DNA of 64,000 bases from an uncultured Planctomycetaceae bacterium (GTDB lineage: Bacteria; Planctomycetota; Phycisphaerae; SM23-33). The DNA lies in contig CAZXOC010000005.1 of assembly GCA_964642165.1 (NCBI GenBank), positions 771 through 64,770 of the forward strand, written 5' to 3'. The notes under the pieces were generated by a model. The model was not told the origin of the DNA. It did not search any database and saw only the letters and a program-made list of their open reading frames with translations. Both the position numbers and the translations under genes were made by a program. Shown here piece by piece: positions 38,101-46,115 of this stretch. The stretch's first letter is position 1. Every line of letters starts with the position of its first letter.

Positions 38101-39012
38101 CCACCCGGCGCGGGGGAGGAGGCCTTCGGCGGATCCCTCACACAGACAAGGGACGGCGGGCTTAGCGTGCAGGCCGGCCACATCAGCTACTGGAACGCCG
38201 AAGTGGTGGGGCTGGACACGATTCGTCCGCTGCCGGGCGGGAAGGTCGTCCTGACGGCGGATGACGTCCGAACGGCCCATGCGTTCCGCGCCCGGTACCT
38301 CCAGACGGCCGTCGGGACGAAGCGCCTCGTCGCCCGCAGGGCCTCGCCGACCTTCACGGGCGACCTGGACAGGGACTTCGCCGGCGCCGAGTTTGCCACG
38401 TATCGGAAAGGCGGCGCGACCGCCTGCCGCACCGCGGCCGCGTGGGACAGCAAAAACCTGTACGTCGGCTGGGACGTCAAGGACGCCACGCCCTGGGTCA
38501 ACGGCGCCGACGCGCCGGAGTTCCTCTATGCCCGTGGTGATACGGTGGACCTCCAGCTCGGCACCGACGTCAAGGCGCCCAAAGACCGGAAAGAAGCGGT
38601 GTTGGGTGACCTGCGGGTATCCATCGGCCCGTTCCGGGGCAAGCCCACCGTGGTCGTCTACCGCAGACGGGCCGTTGAGAAGCGCCCCAAAGTCTTCCGA
38701 TCGGGCGTGGTCAAGGGCTACGAGATGGAGAGCGTCGTCGTTTCGACGGACGGGGAGGTCGAGGTCAAGGTCGACCGCGCGAGGAGGCGCTATATCGTGG
38801 AGGCGGCCCTGCCGTGGGCGGCGCTGGGCACCAAGCCGGCGGCGGGCGCCACGCTGCGGGCGGACTTCGGCGCGACGCACGGCAACCGGGCCGGCAACGA
38901 CACAGCCCTGCGGACCCACTGGAGCAACCAGCACACCGGGCTGGTGAGCGACGAGGTCTTCGAGCTGAAGATGGTCCCCGTGAACTGGGGAGAGCTCTTG
39001 CTGAAGCCCTGA
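35131..39012 (+). CDS. 1293-aa secreted CBM9-like + FlgD-Ig-like + NHL-propeller + CBM9-like protein (family member 2)
   Basis: ATG follows AAGGAG. Signal 'MQSRVCCLVCGVVFLSCLAPANA'. N-terminal module 'VRVDGSAGEWD', 'HLYLLARWVDE'. 'TKGDHDVLWDGL...GEYTWEGFYH'. Blades 'GNLYLGIRGDHHHVQVF', 'GQLWVAEDDGSPRRVSVWD'. C-terminal module 'AAAWDSKNLYVGWDVKD', 'YIVEAALPWAALG'. Confidence 0.75.
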   Translation: MQSRVCCLVCGVVFLSCLAPANATVTENLNLEVLPAPGPVRVDGSAGEWDLSGGIFACGDVEHAAGSFAVWFHAMFDAKHLYLLARWVDETPMNNPGSSKGDYGFKGDCLQVRVVTAPDVTAPAVARAGQRDNDAPKARTTHLTCWRDKDGLDVIDVAYGRRFNEGALKNAKDKGAEQAFTVWPDRKGYTQEIAMPWALLTKPGMRMEAGARLMLTIEPNFTIGTGGRLSIKDLFKPGVPIDRVFTFTGNRCWGYATLAAKGKVPPRPVRLADGREFAVRFEKGLPVIDWTGLVTSRMPQGFKTIRFSLPENAYVSLNVFAPDGTVARQLLTCHRLTKGDHDVLWDGLTMMSVRRPGRVLPVGEYTWEGFYHTGIGLRLRGWAGNSGPAPWRGWGADHGNPKACAAAGDQVYVGWGGGEGDKPLLACDLDGKIQWKNIRGGIASAAPVAADGKTVYAFNSIGQYVAKAVYRLDARTGQYTEWSARKSTDLTMKDLWEGEKEIPDSPSGLAAAGGKVFMSFSGKDAVVVVDAATGRIDKGLKIDKPGDLEAVSAERVFVVSGGVKVVSADVRTGAVAAAARPVLKGKDWVSALAGDKTGNLYLGIRGDHHHVQVFGADGKPLRRIGRKAGRAPNGPWTPDGMLNVSGLAVDSKGQLWVAEDDGSPRRVSVWDTRTGAFRKELFGASSYGATGAAINPVDPYLMVGQGCEWRIDPKTGRATCLGTITREGMSASRFGFGSGGRLYLAVTSGFLHGAKPVRIYERLGDARYKLRTILHPPEGKGKPVRIWSDENDDAREQPAEVRAFDIDLGAWIQGWYMPMAPDLSFYGTRYRVAVTGFTSCGAPRYDLSKAVKLPGPKEGRGGMGAQLGHGSADGRFMLYNAGYGLDHSTMDCYDVVAGRLLWTYPSNFTGVHGSHRACPAKVGMLRGAYDIVGAAKLPPPIGNIWVVPTNKGEWHVLTEKGFYLTRLFEGDPMKNVYPDRPVPGAVLDTCPPGAGEEAFGGSLTQTRDGGLSVQAGHISYWNAEVVGLDTIRPLPGGKVVLTADDVRTAHAFRARYLQTAVGTKRLVARRASPTFTGDLDRDFAGAEFATYRKGGATACRTAAAWDSKNLYVGWDVKDATPWVNGADAPEFLYARGDTVDLQLGTDVKAPKDRKEAVLGDLRVSIGPFRGKPTVVVYRRRAVEKRPKVFRSGVVKGYEMESVVVSTDGEVEVKVDRARRRYIVEAALPWAALGTKPAAGATLRADFGATHGNRAGNDTALRTHWSNQHTGLVSDEVFELKMVPVNWGELLLKP

Positions 39013-39044
39013 CGCCTTCACCACCCCGTTGTCGGACGGTCCGG

Positions 39045-39332
39045 ATGTGGCATGCACGGACATCTCTGACGGCCTTGTTGCGATGGCCGTGCCCGGTCTT
39101 GCTGGCCCTCACGGCCGTTGCGGCTGGGGGGAGTGCGGTCGGCTGGCGCGGCGACGGTACGGGGCGCTTTCCCCAGGCCGGCCCGCCCACTACGTGGGAC
39201 AGCGAAGAAGGCACACACATCCTCTGGCGAGCCGAGGTCGGCAAGGGGCAGTCGTCTCCTGTCCCGGTGGGCGGGCGAGTCTTCGTCGCATCCGAGAAGG
39301 ACCTGCTGGTATGCGTGGAACGGAAGACGGGC
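39045..39332 (+). pseudogene. 5' fragment (~96 codons) of a PQQ-like (BamB-type) beta-propeller gene
   Basis: 'MWHARTSLTALLRWPCPVLLALTAVAAGGSAVGWRGDGTGRFPQAGPPTTWDSEEGTHILWRAEVGKGQSSPVPVGGRVFVASEKDLLVCVERKTG' parallels the N-terminus of the intact paralog at 40357 ('DNWPGWRGPTGVGRS...VLWKASLAGTTGHSSPIVWGDRVFLTT'). Similarity ends at 39332. Confidence 0.6.
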
Positions 39333-39335
39333 GCG

Positions 39336-40104
39336 ACCGCAGCCCGGGCGAACGATCTTGTGCGTCCGATCGCTGCCGACGAACTTGCCCCAGAACAACA
39401 GCTCGTGCCACTTGTTGGCCGCCGTGCGGTCGCGCCCGTCGACGTGGTTCAGCACCGCCTCGATCTGGTGCATGTGGTCTTCGACCGCCTCCGACGGACC
39501 CCGCTGGTAGTTGTAGTGATACACGGTGTACGTCTTCTTCAGCACGGGCAGGTCGTTGGGGTCCCGGCTGCTGTTGCTGATGTCGCCCCAGGGCCCGGCC
39601 ATGTTCGACTCCCAAAGGTTCACCACCCCCCCCGTGGTAGCCCCAGATCCAGACCTGCTTGACCCCCTTCTGCTCGACCCACCGCCGGATGCCGATCCGC
39701 TCCATGATCTTGTTGTAGTCGGTGTTGGGCACTTTCCTGCCGGGCCGGGGCACGGTGGGCAAGGGCTCGAGGTACTCGATCGTCCGGAGAATCCGGTAGA
39801 CCAGGCTCGGCTTTGCGCGGGGATTCTTGTAGGCGTGGTATCGCGAGCCCTCCTGGAGGGCCTTGGCCACCTCGGCGGTGAGCTTGTCGGTCTTCTCCCG
39901 CGTTTGCTTGAGCGGAGCTCCCCAATCGCCGGTCACGCCAATGTCGATCCGGTCGCCCTTGACCGGGAAGTACTTGACCACGACCACCGGAATCTCCATC
40001 GGCGGCTTCGGCCGATGCGGCTGGGCGGCGTGAAGGCTGCCGGCCAGGAGGGCAAGGCAACCGACCCGGGCGACGAGGAGGAGCGTCCTCCGGTTCGCGA
40101 TCAT
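39336..40104 (-). pseudogene. Conserved-hypothetical secreted protein gene, frameshifted in a G8 tract and 3'-truncated
   Basis: ATG 40104 gives 'MIANRRTLLLVARVGCLALLAGSLHA...QVWIWGYHGG' (track ORF 39190..40221). It continues in another frame as 'VVNLWESNMAGPWGDISNSSRDPNDLPVLKKTYTVYHYNYQRGPSEAVEDHMHQIEAVLNHV...' (track ORF 39018..39626). The switch is at the C8/G8 run 39626-39633. Sensible sequence ends at 'RPGCG' (~39336), where it abuts the PQQ fragment. Confidence 0.65.
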
Positions 40105-40356
40105 CTGGCGATCTCCGGTGCTGATGACACAGCGGCGGGTGAGGCGAGCCCACCAAGTGGCGACTCCAGCCTCGATGCGCAGAGCGGTCAAGGACGGCCC
40201 GAGCGACAGAGGTCGACCCACAGCGGTTCCCGGACGTAGACCGCTCTGCGCTGGACCCTACCTGTCTAGCCGCTCCGGTGAACAAGCGTGCTATGGTCAT
40301 TCCCCCTCCGGAGCCCATACTACTGGGGGTACTGGCCCCGCGTGGAGGCGATCGTG

Positions 40357-41391
40357 ATGAGACGCAGCACTTCCTGGACTGTCTTCGTGCCCGTGGCGTG
40401 GGCCGGGTTTTGCCTCGCCTCGCCTTGGGCAAGCCGTGCGGACAACTGGCCGGGCTGGCGCGGGCCCACGGGCGTGGGCCGCTCCGCCGAGAAGTCCTTG
40501 CCGCTCCAATGGGACGGGAAGAGCGGCGAGAACGTGCTGTGGAAGGCCTCGCTGGCCGGGACGACGGGCCACTCCAGCCCGATCGTCTGGGGCGATCGCG
40601 TCTTCCTCACGACGGCCGCGAAGCAGACGGGCGAGCAGGAAGAGAGGAAGGAAGTCCCGGAACCCCACCTGGTTTGCTACCAGGCGGCCGACGGAAAGAC
40701 GCTCTGGCGAACGCCCATCCCGTCGGGCAAGCAGCCGGCCGGATATGCCATCTACGCCGTGCCGACGCCCGTCACCGACGGCAAGGTGGTGTACGCTTGG
40801 TTCGGCTCGGCCGTCATGGCCGCGGTGGACTCCGGCGGCAAGCTCCTATGGCGAAAGGAACGACCCGGACCGTTCAAGCTGAATCCCGGCATATGCAGCA
40901 GCCCGATCCTCTACAAGGACACCGTCATCCTGCTCTGCGACCAGGGCCGCGGCGAGGGCTTCCTCCAGGGGCTGGCCAAGAGAACCGGCGAGGTGAAGTG
41001 GCAGCAGAAGCGAGAGAAGGTGTCCTACAACAACACGACGCCCCTGCTCATCGAAGTGAAGGGCAAGCCGCAGATGGTCATCGCCGGCAAGTACGTCTAC
41101 AAGGCGCGAAGGGACGAAGACATCGTGTGCCTGGACCTTGCCACCGGCAGGGAGCTCTACACGGCGAAGCTGGACGGCATCTCGAAGCTCGCCAGCCCGT
41201 TTGCCACCGCGGACGGGCGCGTCTACTTCGCCACCGCGGGCAAGAGTTACGTGATCCAGGCCGGCCCCAGCCTCAAGGTGCTCGCCGCCAACGACCTCGG
41301 CGGCGAGATGGACGGCTCGTCCCCCGCGGTCTCCGGCGGGCGGATCTTCATCCGCGGCCGCAAGTTCCTCTACTGCGTTGGCAGGAGATGA
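40357..41391 (+). CDS. Secreted PQQ-like (BamB-type) beta-propeller repeat protein
   Basis: ATG 40357. Signal 'MRRSTSWTVFVPVAWAGFCLASPWASRA'. 'DNWPGWRGPTGVGRS', 'SSPIVWGDRVFLTT', 'PTPVTDGKVVYAWFG', 'SSPAVSGGRIFIRG'. Confidence 0.8.
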   Translation: MRRSTSWTVFVPVAWAGFCLASPWASRADNWPGWRGPTGVGRSAEKSLPLQWDGKSGENVLWKASLAGTTGHSSPIVWGDRVFLTTAAKQTGEQEERKEVPEPHLVCYQAADGKTLWRTPIPSGKQPAGYAIYAVPTPVTDGKVVYAWFGSAVMAAVDSGGKLLWRKERPGPFKLNPGICSSPILYKDTVILLCDQGRGEGFLQGLAKRTGEVKWQQKREKVSYNNTTPLLIEVKGKPQMVIAGKYVYKARRDEDIVCLDLATGRELYTAKLDGISKLASPFATADGRVYFATAGKSYVIQAGPSLKVLAANDLGGEMDGSSPAVSGGRIFIRGRKFLYCVGRR

Positions 41392-41557
41392 TCGTCGGTC
41401 AACTCCAGCAGCCCGGTGGTGTTGCGAGGGATCCTGCCCCCCGGGAGAACACCGCCCGTGGGGCCGTCGGCAGACAATCATGCTTGCTGCCGGCCCAGCC
41501 GGAACCGACAATGCAGGTCGTGACTCAGCTTTGGCCCCCTGGCCGGGGACGGAGATT

Positions 41558-42808
41558 ATGTGCCACAGCAATTCCCACAGGAACCGTCCAGTCCGTTTGA
41601 TGCTCTCCTTGGCACTTCTTGCGGCAGGGGCGTTGTGGCCTCGAGCAGGCTACGCCGGGGGCCCGAGCAGACTGCCTCACAGGCCGGAGGGGTTTGGGGC
41701 CGTCTCGCAGGGAGGACGAGGCGGGCGCCCGATGACGGTCACCACGCTTGCCGATTCGGGGGCCGGCTCTCTCCGCGAAGCTCTGGCGGCCCGAGGGCCC
41801 AGGATTGTCCGCTTTGGTGTCGGAGGCACCATCGAGCTGCGGAGTCCGATCCGCGTGACCAGCGGCCGTGTCACCATCGACGGCGAGACCGCCCCGGACG
41901 GCGGCATCACATTGCTGAACCACGGCATTCATTTCGTCGGGGACTGTGACGACATCATCGTAAGACACTTGCGCATCCGCGTCTTGACCGGCGGGGCCTC
42001 GGGCGATGCCCTCCTGTTCTGGGGCTACAAGGGAGGAACAGTTGAGCGGGTCCTCGTGGACCATTGCTCGCTGATGTGGGCGACTGACGAGGTGGTCAAC
42101 ACCTGGGGTAAAGTGAAGAACCTGACATGCCAGTGGACGATCATCGCGGAGGGACAGTCTGAAGCAGACCATCCCAAGGGCTTCCACAGTATGGGCTGGC
42201 TTTCCGGCGAGGGTACCGATCGCGTCACGATCCATCACTGTCTTTTCGCCCACAACGGCGATCGCAGCCCACGCGTCCATGGCGGCGTCTACGACCTGGT
42301 GAACAACGTCATCTACAACTGGACCAACCACAACGCCACCAAGATCGGAAGCGGGGCTCACGTCAATGTGGTTGGCTGCTCCTACATCCCGGGGCCTCAG
42401 TCCGCCAAGTTGGAGGAGTGCATTCTGCTGGAGGATCCCCAGAAGGGCACGCAGGTGTACGTCGCATCAAATATCGGACCGTTGACTCCTGCCGCCAAAG
42501 GAGACCCCTGGCGCAACGTGACCTGGTATGAGAGGGTCGCGGGCAAGTGGAAGAAGCACCGGCCTGCACCAGGGGCCTGCCGCGCGGCGAAGCGATTCGA
42601 TGCCCCCGCCGTTCGAACAGATTCCGCCGAGAAGGCCTACGAGCTCGTGCTCAAGTCTGCCGGGGCCGGGGCCCGCGACGCCGACGACGTCAGGGTCGTG
42701 AAAGAGGCCAGGAAGAGGACCGGACGAGTGGGACGAGGTCCGCGCGGAACAGGCACGGGACAGACACACAAGAGGCCCGGCAAGAAAGACGCAAGCGAGG
42801 GCAGATAG
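41558..42808 (+). CDS. Pectate lyase, PL1-like
   Basis: ATG 41558 lies inside track ORF 41378..42808. 'GFGAVSQGGRGGRPMTVTTLADSGAGSLREAL', 'VTIDGETAPDGGITL', 'IIVRHLRIRV', 'HHCLFAHNGDRSPRV', 'DLVNNVIYNW'. Confidence 0.8.
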   Translation: MCHSNSHRNRPVRLMLSLALLAAGALWPRAGYAGGPSRLPHRPEGFGAVSQGGRGGRPMTVTTLADSGAGSLREALAARGPRIVRFGVGGTIELRSPIRVTSGRVTIDGETAPDGGITLLNHGIHFVGDCDDIIVRHLRIRVLTGGASGDALLFWGYKGGTVERVLVDHCSLMWATDEVVNTWGKVKNLTCQWTIIAEGQSEADHPKGFHSMGWLSGEGTDRVTIHHCLFAHNGDRSPRVHGGVYDLVNNVIYNWTNHNATKIGSGAHVNVVGCSYIPGPQSAKLEECILLEDPQKGTQVYVASNIGPLTPAAKGDPWRNVTWYERVAGKWKKHRPAPGACRAAKRFDAPAVRTDSAEKAYELVLKSAGAGARDADDVRVVKEARKRTGRVGRGPRGTGTGQTHKRPGKKDASEGR

Positions 42809-42853
42809 CCGGCGCGGCCAATAGGCATCTGTCGAGACGGGCCGGGGGAGCGC

Positions 42854-45337
42854 CTACCGCACTGCGATCTTCCTGGTCACGGCGAAGTCCAGGTCCACGC
42901 GCACGATTCGGTGGTTCAGCACGTCCGCGACGTAGATGTGGTCGCCGGCGGCGCCGGCGTTCGTCGGCCAACCGAGTGGGATGGCCGGCTGAGGCTCGGC
43001 GCTGGCTGCTCCTCGAGCGTCGAAGTTGCCGTAGTGCCCGAACCTGGCCATGCGATTGCCCGCGTTGTCCTTCACCGTGACCGAGAACGTGATGGCGTTG
43101 GGGATGATCAGCCGGCCGAACCCGTCCACGTCGAACCGCGGCTTCGTGCAGACGCACGCCCCGGCGCAGCGCCATTGGCTGAACGGTGCCAGCCCGGGAT
43201 AGACTGCTTCAACGCCTTCGAAGCCCATCACGGTTCCCGGGGGCGGCTTGCGACCGCCTCCGACCTTCAGGCGGCGCCCGCCGCGGGGCGAGAACCTCAG
43301 CACCGATCCCGTCGCCCGCAAGTAGGCCGGGTCCTTCTCGAAGCCCTTCGGCGGCTTGTGCCCCTTGGGCAGGCCCAGCCAGCCGACGTAGATGCTGCCC
43401 GCTCGATCGACGCGAACGCAGGAGGCGTGGATGTCCAGGCCCGTCACGGCGGGCGGCATCGGTGTGCCGTCCGGCCGGTAGGCGCCGACGAACATCCCGT
43501 CGGCCTCCTGGAGCGTCCAGAGCCGACCGCGACGGTCGATCGCCAGGCCCCCGAGGGAGCACCCGCGACCGGCCCGGCCTCGAAAGGAGCCGAACGAGTG
43601 CTTCCCGCCGGGCGCCACCGGCAGCGGCTTCAGGTCGCGCGTATAGGTTGCCAACGAGGAACGCCATCCCTCGACGCGGACGATCGTGCCGCCCGGCCCG
43701 ACCGCGAGCAGCGACGCGCCGAGCTTGACGGGGCCGCCCCGGCCCGTCCGGCCGTCGTACCGGCACATTGTTCCGCGCGTGTCGATGACGTACACCCGGT
43801 CGGCCTCCCTGTCGACCGCCATGTTGCCCGCGAAGGCCAGCGCCTCGTGGTCGCGATCGAAGGCGTCCCGCGTGACGACCAGCCTGTCACCGCGGTCTGC
43901 CACTTTCAGCAGGCCCTGGCCACTGGGGTTCTTCGCCGGGGCCAAGACCCACAATACGGTCGGCTTTCGACGCGCGTCGATCGTGAACTCGACGTTGCCG
44001 CGTGACGTCATGGCCAACTCGGCGACGACCTTCGCCCGCTTGCCCCGCCCGGTCACCTTGAGCAGCTTGTTTGGTGGAATGAAGCCCCGGCTGACCGTCC
44101 GGCTGACCACGTAGAGATCGCCGGTGCTCGGATGCACCTGGACGCGGTCCGGCCAGGGCAGCTCGATCGCCTCGAGCTTCCTGCCCTCGGGGGAAACGAT
44201 GACCACCTCCTGGTTGACCTGGTCGCAGATGTAGACATTGCCCTTCGGGTCGGTATCGATGCCGGCGGCGGCCGTCCGCTTGTCCCACGCGCTGGGCATC
44301 CAGTACTTCGTCCTGCGGAAGTCCGGCAGCTCGAGGTCGAAAAACGGCTTGGGGGCGGCCTCGGGGTCGCTCATATCGTGGCGGTAGACTCGGCCGTTGG
44401 GCCAGTTCGGGTCGATGTCCTCGGGCTTCTTGCCGTCGTAGACCGTCCCGGCCACGTTCGAGTAGTAGGCGTACCGGCCGTCGGGCGAGAAGGCCACCTC
44501 GAAGTCCAGCCAGACCGGCGCGGGCATGTTGGCCTTCTTCGGCCACAGGGCCACCTGTCGCACCTCGTTGCTGCCGTCCACCTTGAAGAAGGTCAGGCGT
44601 CGCTGGCGGCTGTTGATGAACACCAGTTCGCCGCCGGGCCTGATTCGCGGGTGGATTGCGCTGCCGAAGACGGAGAACACCGGGTAGAGGCTGTTGCGGT
44701 TGACCGGCGTGAGGTGCTCCCGGCCGGTGTCGATCAGCTCGTAGCCGAGGGCCCTGGCCGGGGGCGTCGAGGGCGGGTAGGGGAGCAGCGTCCGGACGTA
44801 GTCGCCGCTGGCGTCGAACTTGCGGACCTGCCACGGCCAGAGGCCCGTGTTGCCGTGGCTGCCCACGTCGGACATCATCTTGACGTAGACGTTGCCCTTC
44901 TCGTCCACGGCGACGCCTTGCTGCGAGCCGCGATAGGGCGTGACGGTTGCCCGCCCGCGATAGGGGCTGCCGCCGATCAGTCGCCCCAGCTTCGGTCGCA
45001 TTCCCGCGCGAACGCGAACCGTCACGGGGCCGGGATGGGGCTTGCCCTCGTCGTTCGTGCCGTCCCACCGGACAGACTGGCTGAGCGACCGGGGCTTCAG
45101 GGGCGCGACGGCCTTCTCTGCCCCGACCCAGCCGGCGACCAGGTGCCGCACTACCTTGCCCTGGTCGTCAAGAACGGCGATCTCCACGTCGGCCGCCCGG
45201 CCTAGAGTCAGCGCGATTCGTGCGCCGTTCGCGTCGCGCGAGACGGTCGGGCCCTCCCGGAGCAACGGCTCTCCGGACGCCAGCGCGGTCGGCAGGAGGA
45301 TCCATTTGCACAGGACCGCCACGGCGTTGCTCGACAT
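42854..45337 (-). CDS. Secreted FlgD-Ig-like + NHL-type beta-propeller protein (family member 3)
   Basis: ATG 45337 follows GGAGGAAG. Signal 'MSSNAVAVLCKWILLPTALASG'. 'AADVEIAVLDDQGKVVRHLVAG...VRWDGTNDEGKPHPGPVTVRV'. Blades 'GNVYICDQVNQEVVIVSPEG', 'DHIYVADVLNHRIVRVD'. Confidence 0.75.
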   Translation of the reverse strand: MSSNAVAVLCKWILLPTALASGEPLLREGPTVSRDANGARIALTLGRAADVEIAVLDDQGKVVRHLVAGWVGAEKAVAPLKPRSLSQSVRWDGTNDEGKPHPGPVTVRVRAGMRPKLGRLIGGSPYRGRATVTPYRGSQQGVAVDEKGNVYVKMMSDVGSHGNTGLWPWQVRKFDASGDYVRTLLPYPPSTPPARALGYELIDTGREHLTPVNRNSLYPVFSVFGSAIHPRIRPGGELVFINSRQRRLTFFKVDGSNEVRQVALWPKKANMPAPVWLDFEVAFSPDGRYAYYSNVAGTVYDGKKPEDIDPNWPNGRVYRHDMSDPEAAPKPFFDLELPDFRRTKYWMPSAWDKRTAAAGIDTDPKGNVYICDQVNQEVVIVSPEGRKLEAIELPWPDRVQVHPSTGDLYVVSRTVSRGFIPPNKLLKVTGRGKRAKVVAELAMTSRGNVEFTIDARRKPTVLWVLAPAKNPSGQGLLKVADRGDRLVVTRDAFDRDHEALAFAGNMAVDREADRVYVIDTRGTMCRYDGRTGRGGPVKLGASLLAVGPGGTIVRVEGWRSSLATYTRDLKPLPVAPGGKHSFGSFRGRAGRGCSLGGLAIDRRGRLWTLQEADGMFVGAYRPDGTPMPPAVTGLDIHASCVRVDRAGSIYVGWLGLPKGHKPPKGFEKDPAYLRATGSVLRFSPRGGRRLKVGGGRKPPPGTVMGFEGVEAVYPGLAPFSQWRCAGACVCTKPRFDVDGFGRLIIPNAITFSVTVKDNAGNRMARFGHYGNFDARGAASAEPQPAIPLGWPTNAGAAGDHIYVADVLNHRIVRVDLDFAVTRKIAVR

Positions 45338-45392
45338 CGTCTTCCTCCGTCTCATACGCAGGCCGGTCACCGCCTCTGCGCTTATCTCCACC

Positions 45393-46115
45393 CTATGCCG
45401 GGTAGCCGACCGTCTGTGCATAGAGCACGCGCTGCTCGGGCCGCAGCTTCAGCTCCGTGGCGAGGCCCGTCTTGTTGCAGTTATGGAACCAGGCCGCCAA
45501 GCCCTGCGAGGCAGCGAACAGGTAGACGTTCCCGGCGATGAGGCCCGTGGCGACGTTGTAGTAGGACTTCTGGGTCTCCGGATTCCTCAAGCCCGGCTCC
45601 TGAAGCCTCGCCTTGGCGTACTTGGCGATGTCCGCGACGTAGACGAGGATCACCGGGGCCTCGGCCCGGGAGCGCCTGCGACGGCGACGCCGAACCAGTC
45701 CGCGACGGTCCCCGGCGAGAACAGGAGCCAGGCGATGCGGTACCGCCTCGTAGAGGTACACGCCCTCGGGCAGGACGACGTAGAGGTCCATTTCCTGGGA
45801 GTTGCTGGCCGATGCGGCCGTCCTTCCCACCTGGCCGAACGGCCCGGCCTTGCGGTTCACGCCGAACGCCGACCAAAGCAGATTCGACAGCACCTGCGGG
45901 GGGAGCTTCTTCTCGCTGATGCGGCGCGTCGTCTTCCTGTCCTGGAGGGCAGCCAACACGGACTTGCCGCCGTCCGTCTCGGGCTTCGGAAGCTTGATCG
46001 GCTCCAGGTCCCGGGTGGAGTCGGCAGCCGTGCCGGCGCCCTGGGCGGAGCTGGATGCCTTGGCGGCCAGCATGGCGATAGCCGGCACGCTCTTCAGGAA
46101 TGCTCTGCGGTTCAT
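45393..46115 (-). CDS. TAT-exported nitroreductase-family protein
   Basis: Twin-arginine signal 'MNRRAFLKSVPAIAMLAAKA'. 'KTTRRISEKKLPPQVLSNLLWSAFGVNR', 'NSQEMDLYVV', 'GLIAGNVYLFAASQGLAAWF'. The start overlaps the upstream stop (ATGA at 46112-46115). Confidence 0.8.
   Translation of the reverse strand: MNRRAFLKSVPAIAMLAAKASSSAQGAGTAADSTRDLEPIKLPKPETDGGKSVLAALQDRKTTRRISEKKLPPQVLSNLLWSAFGVNRKAGPFGQVGRTAASASNSQEMDLYVVLPEGVYLYEAVPHRLAPVLAGDRRGLVRRRRRRRSRAEAPVILVYVADIAKYAKARLQEPGLRNPETQKSYYNVATGLIAGNVYLFAASQGLAAWFHNCNKTGLATELKLRPEQRVLYAQTVGYPA

Noticed and set aside
45655-45700. Run of seven Arg codons ('VRRRRRRRSRAEAP') inside the nitroreductase gene as a possible frameshift or insertion
   Set aside because: The flanking sequence stays in one frame with family-like motifs on both sides ('LAGDRRG' / 'APVILVYVAD'). 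The run is made of mixed CGN/AGG codons, not a simple repeat. It is most likely a lineage-specific loop. Interest is low without an alignment.
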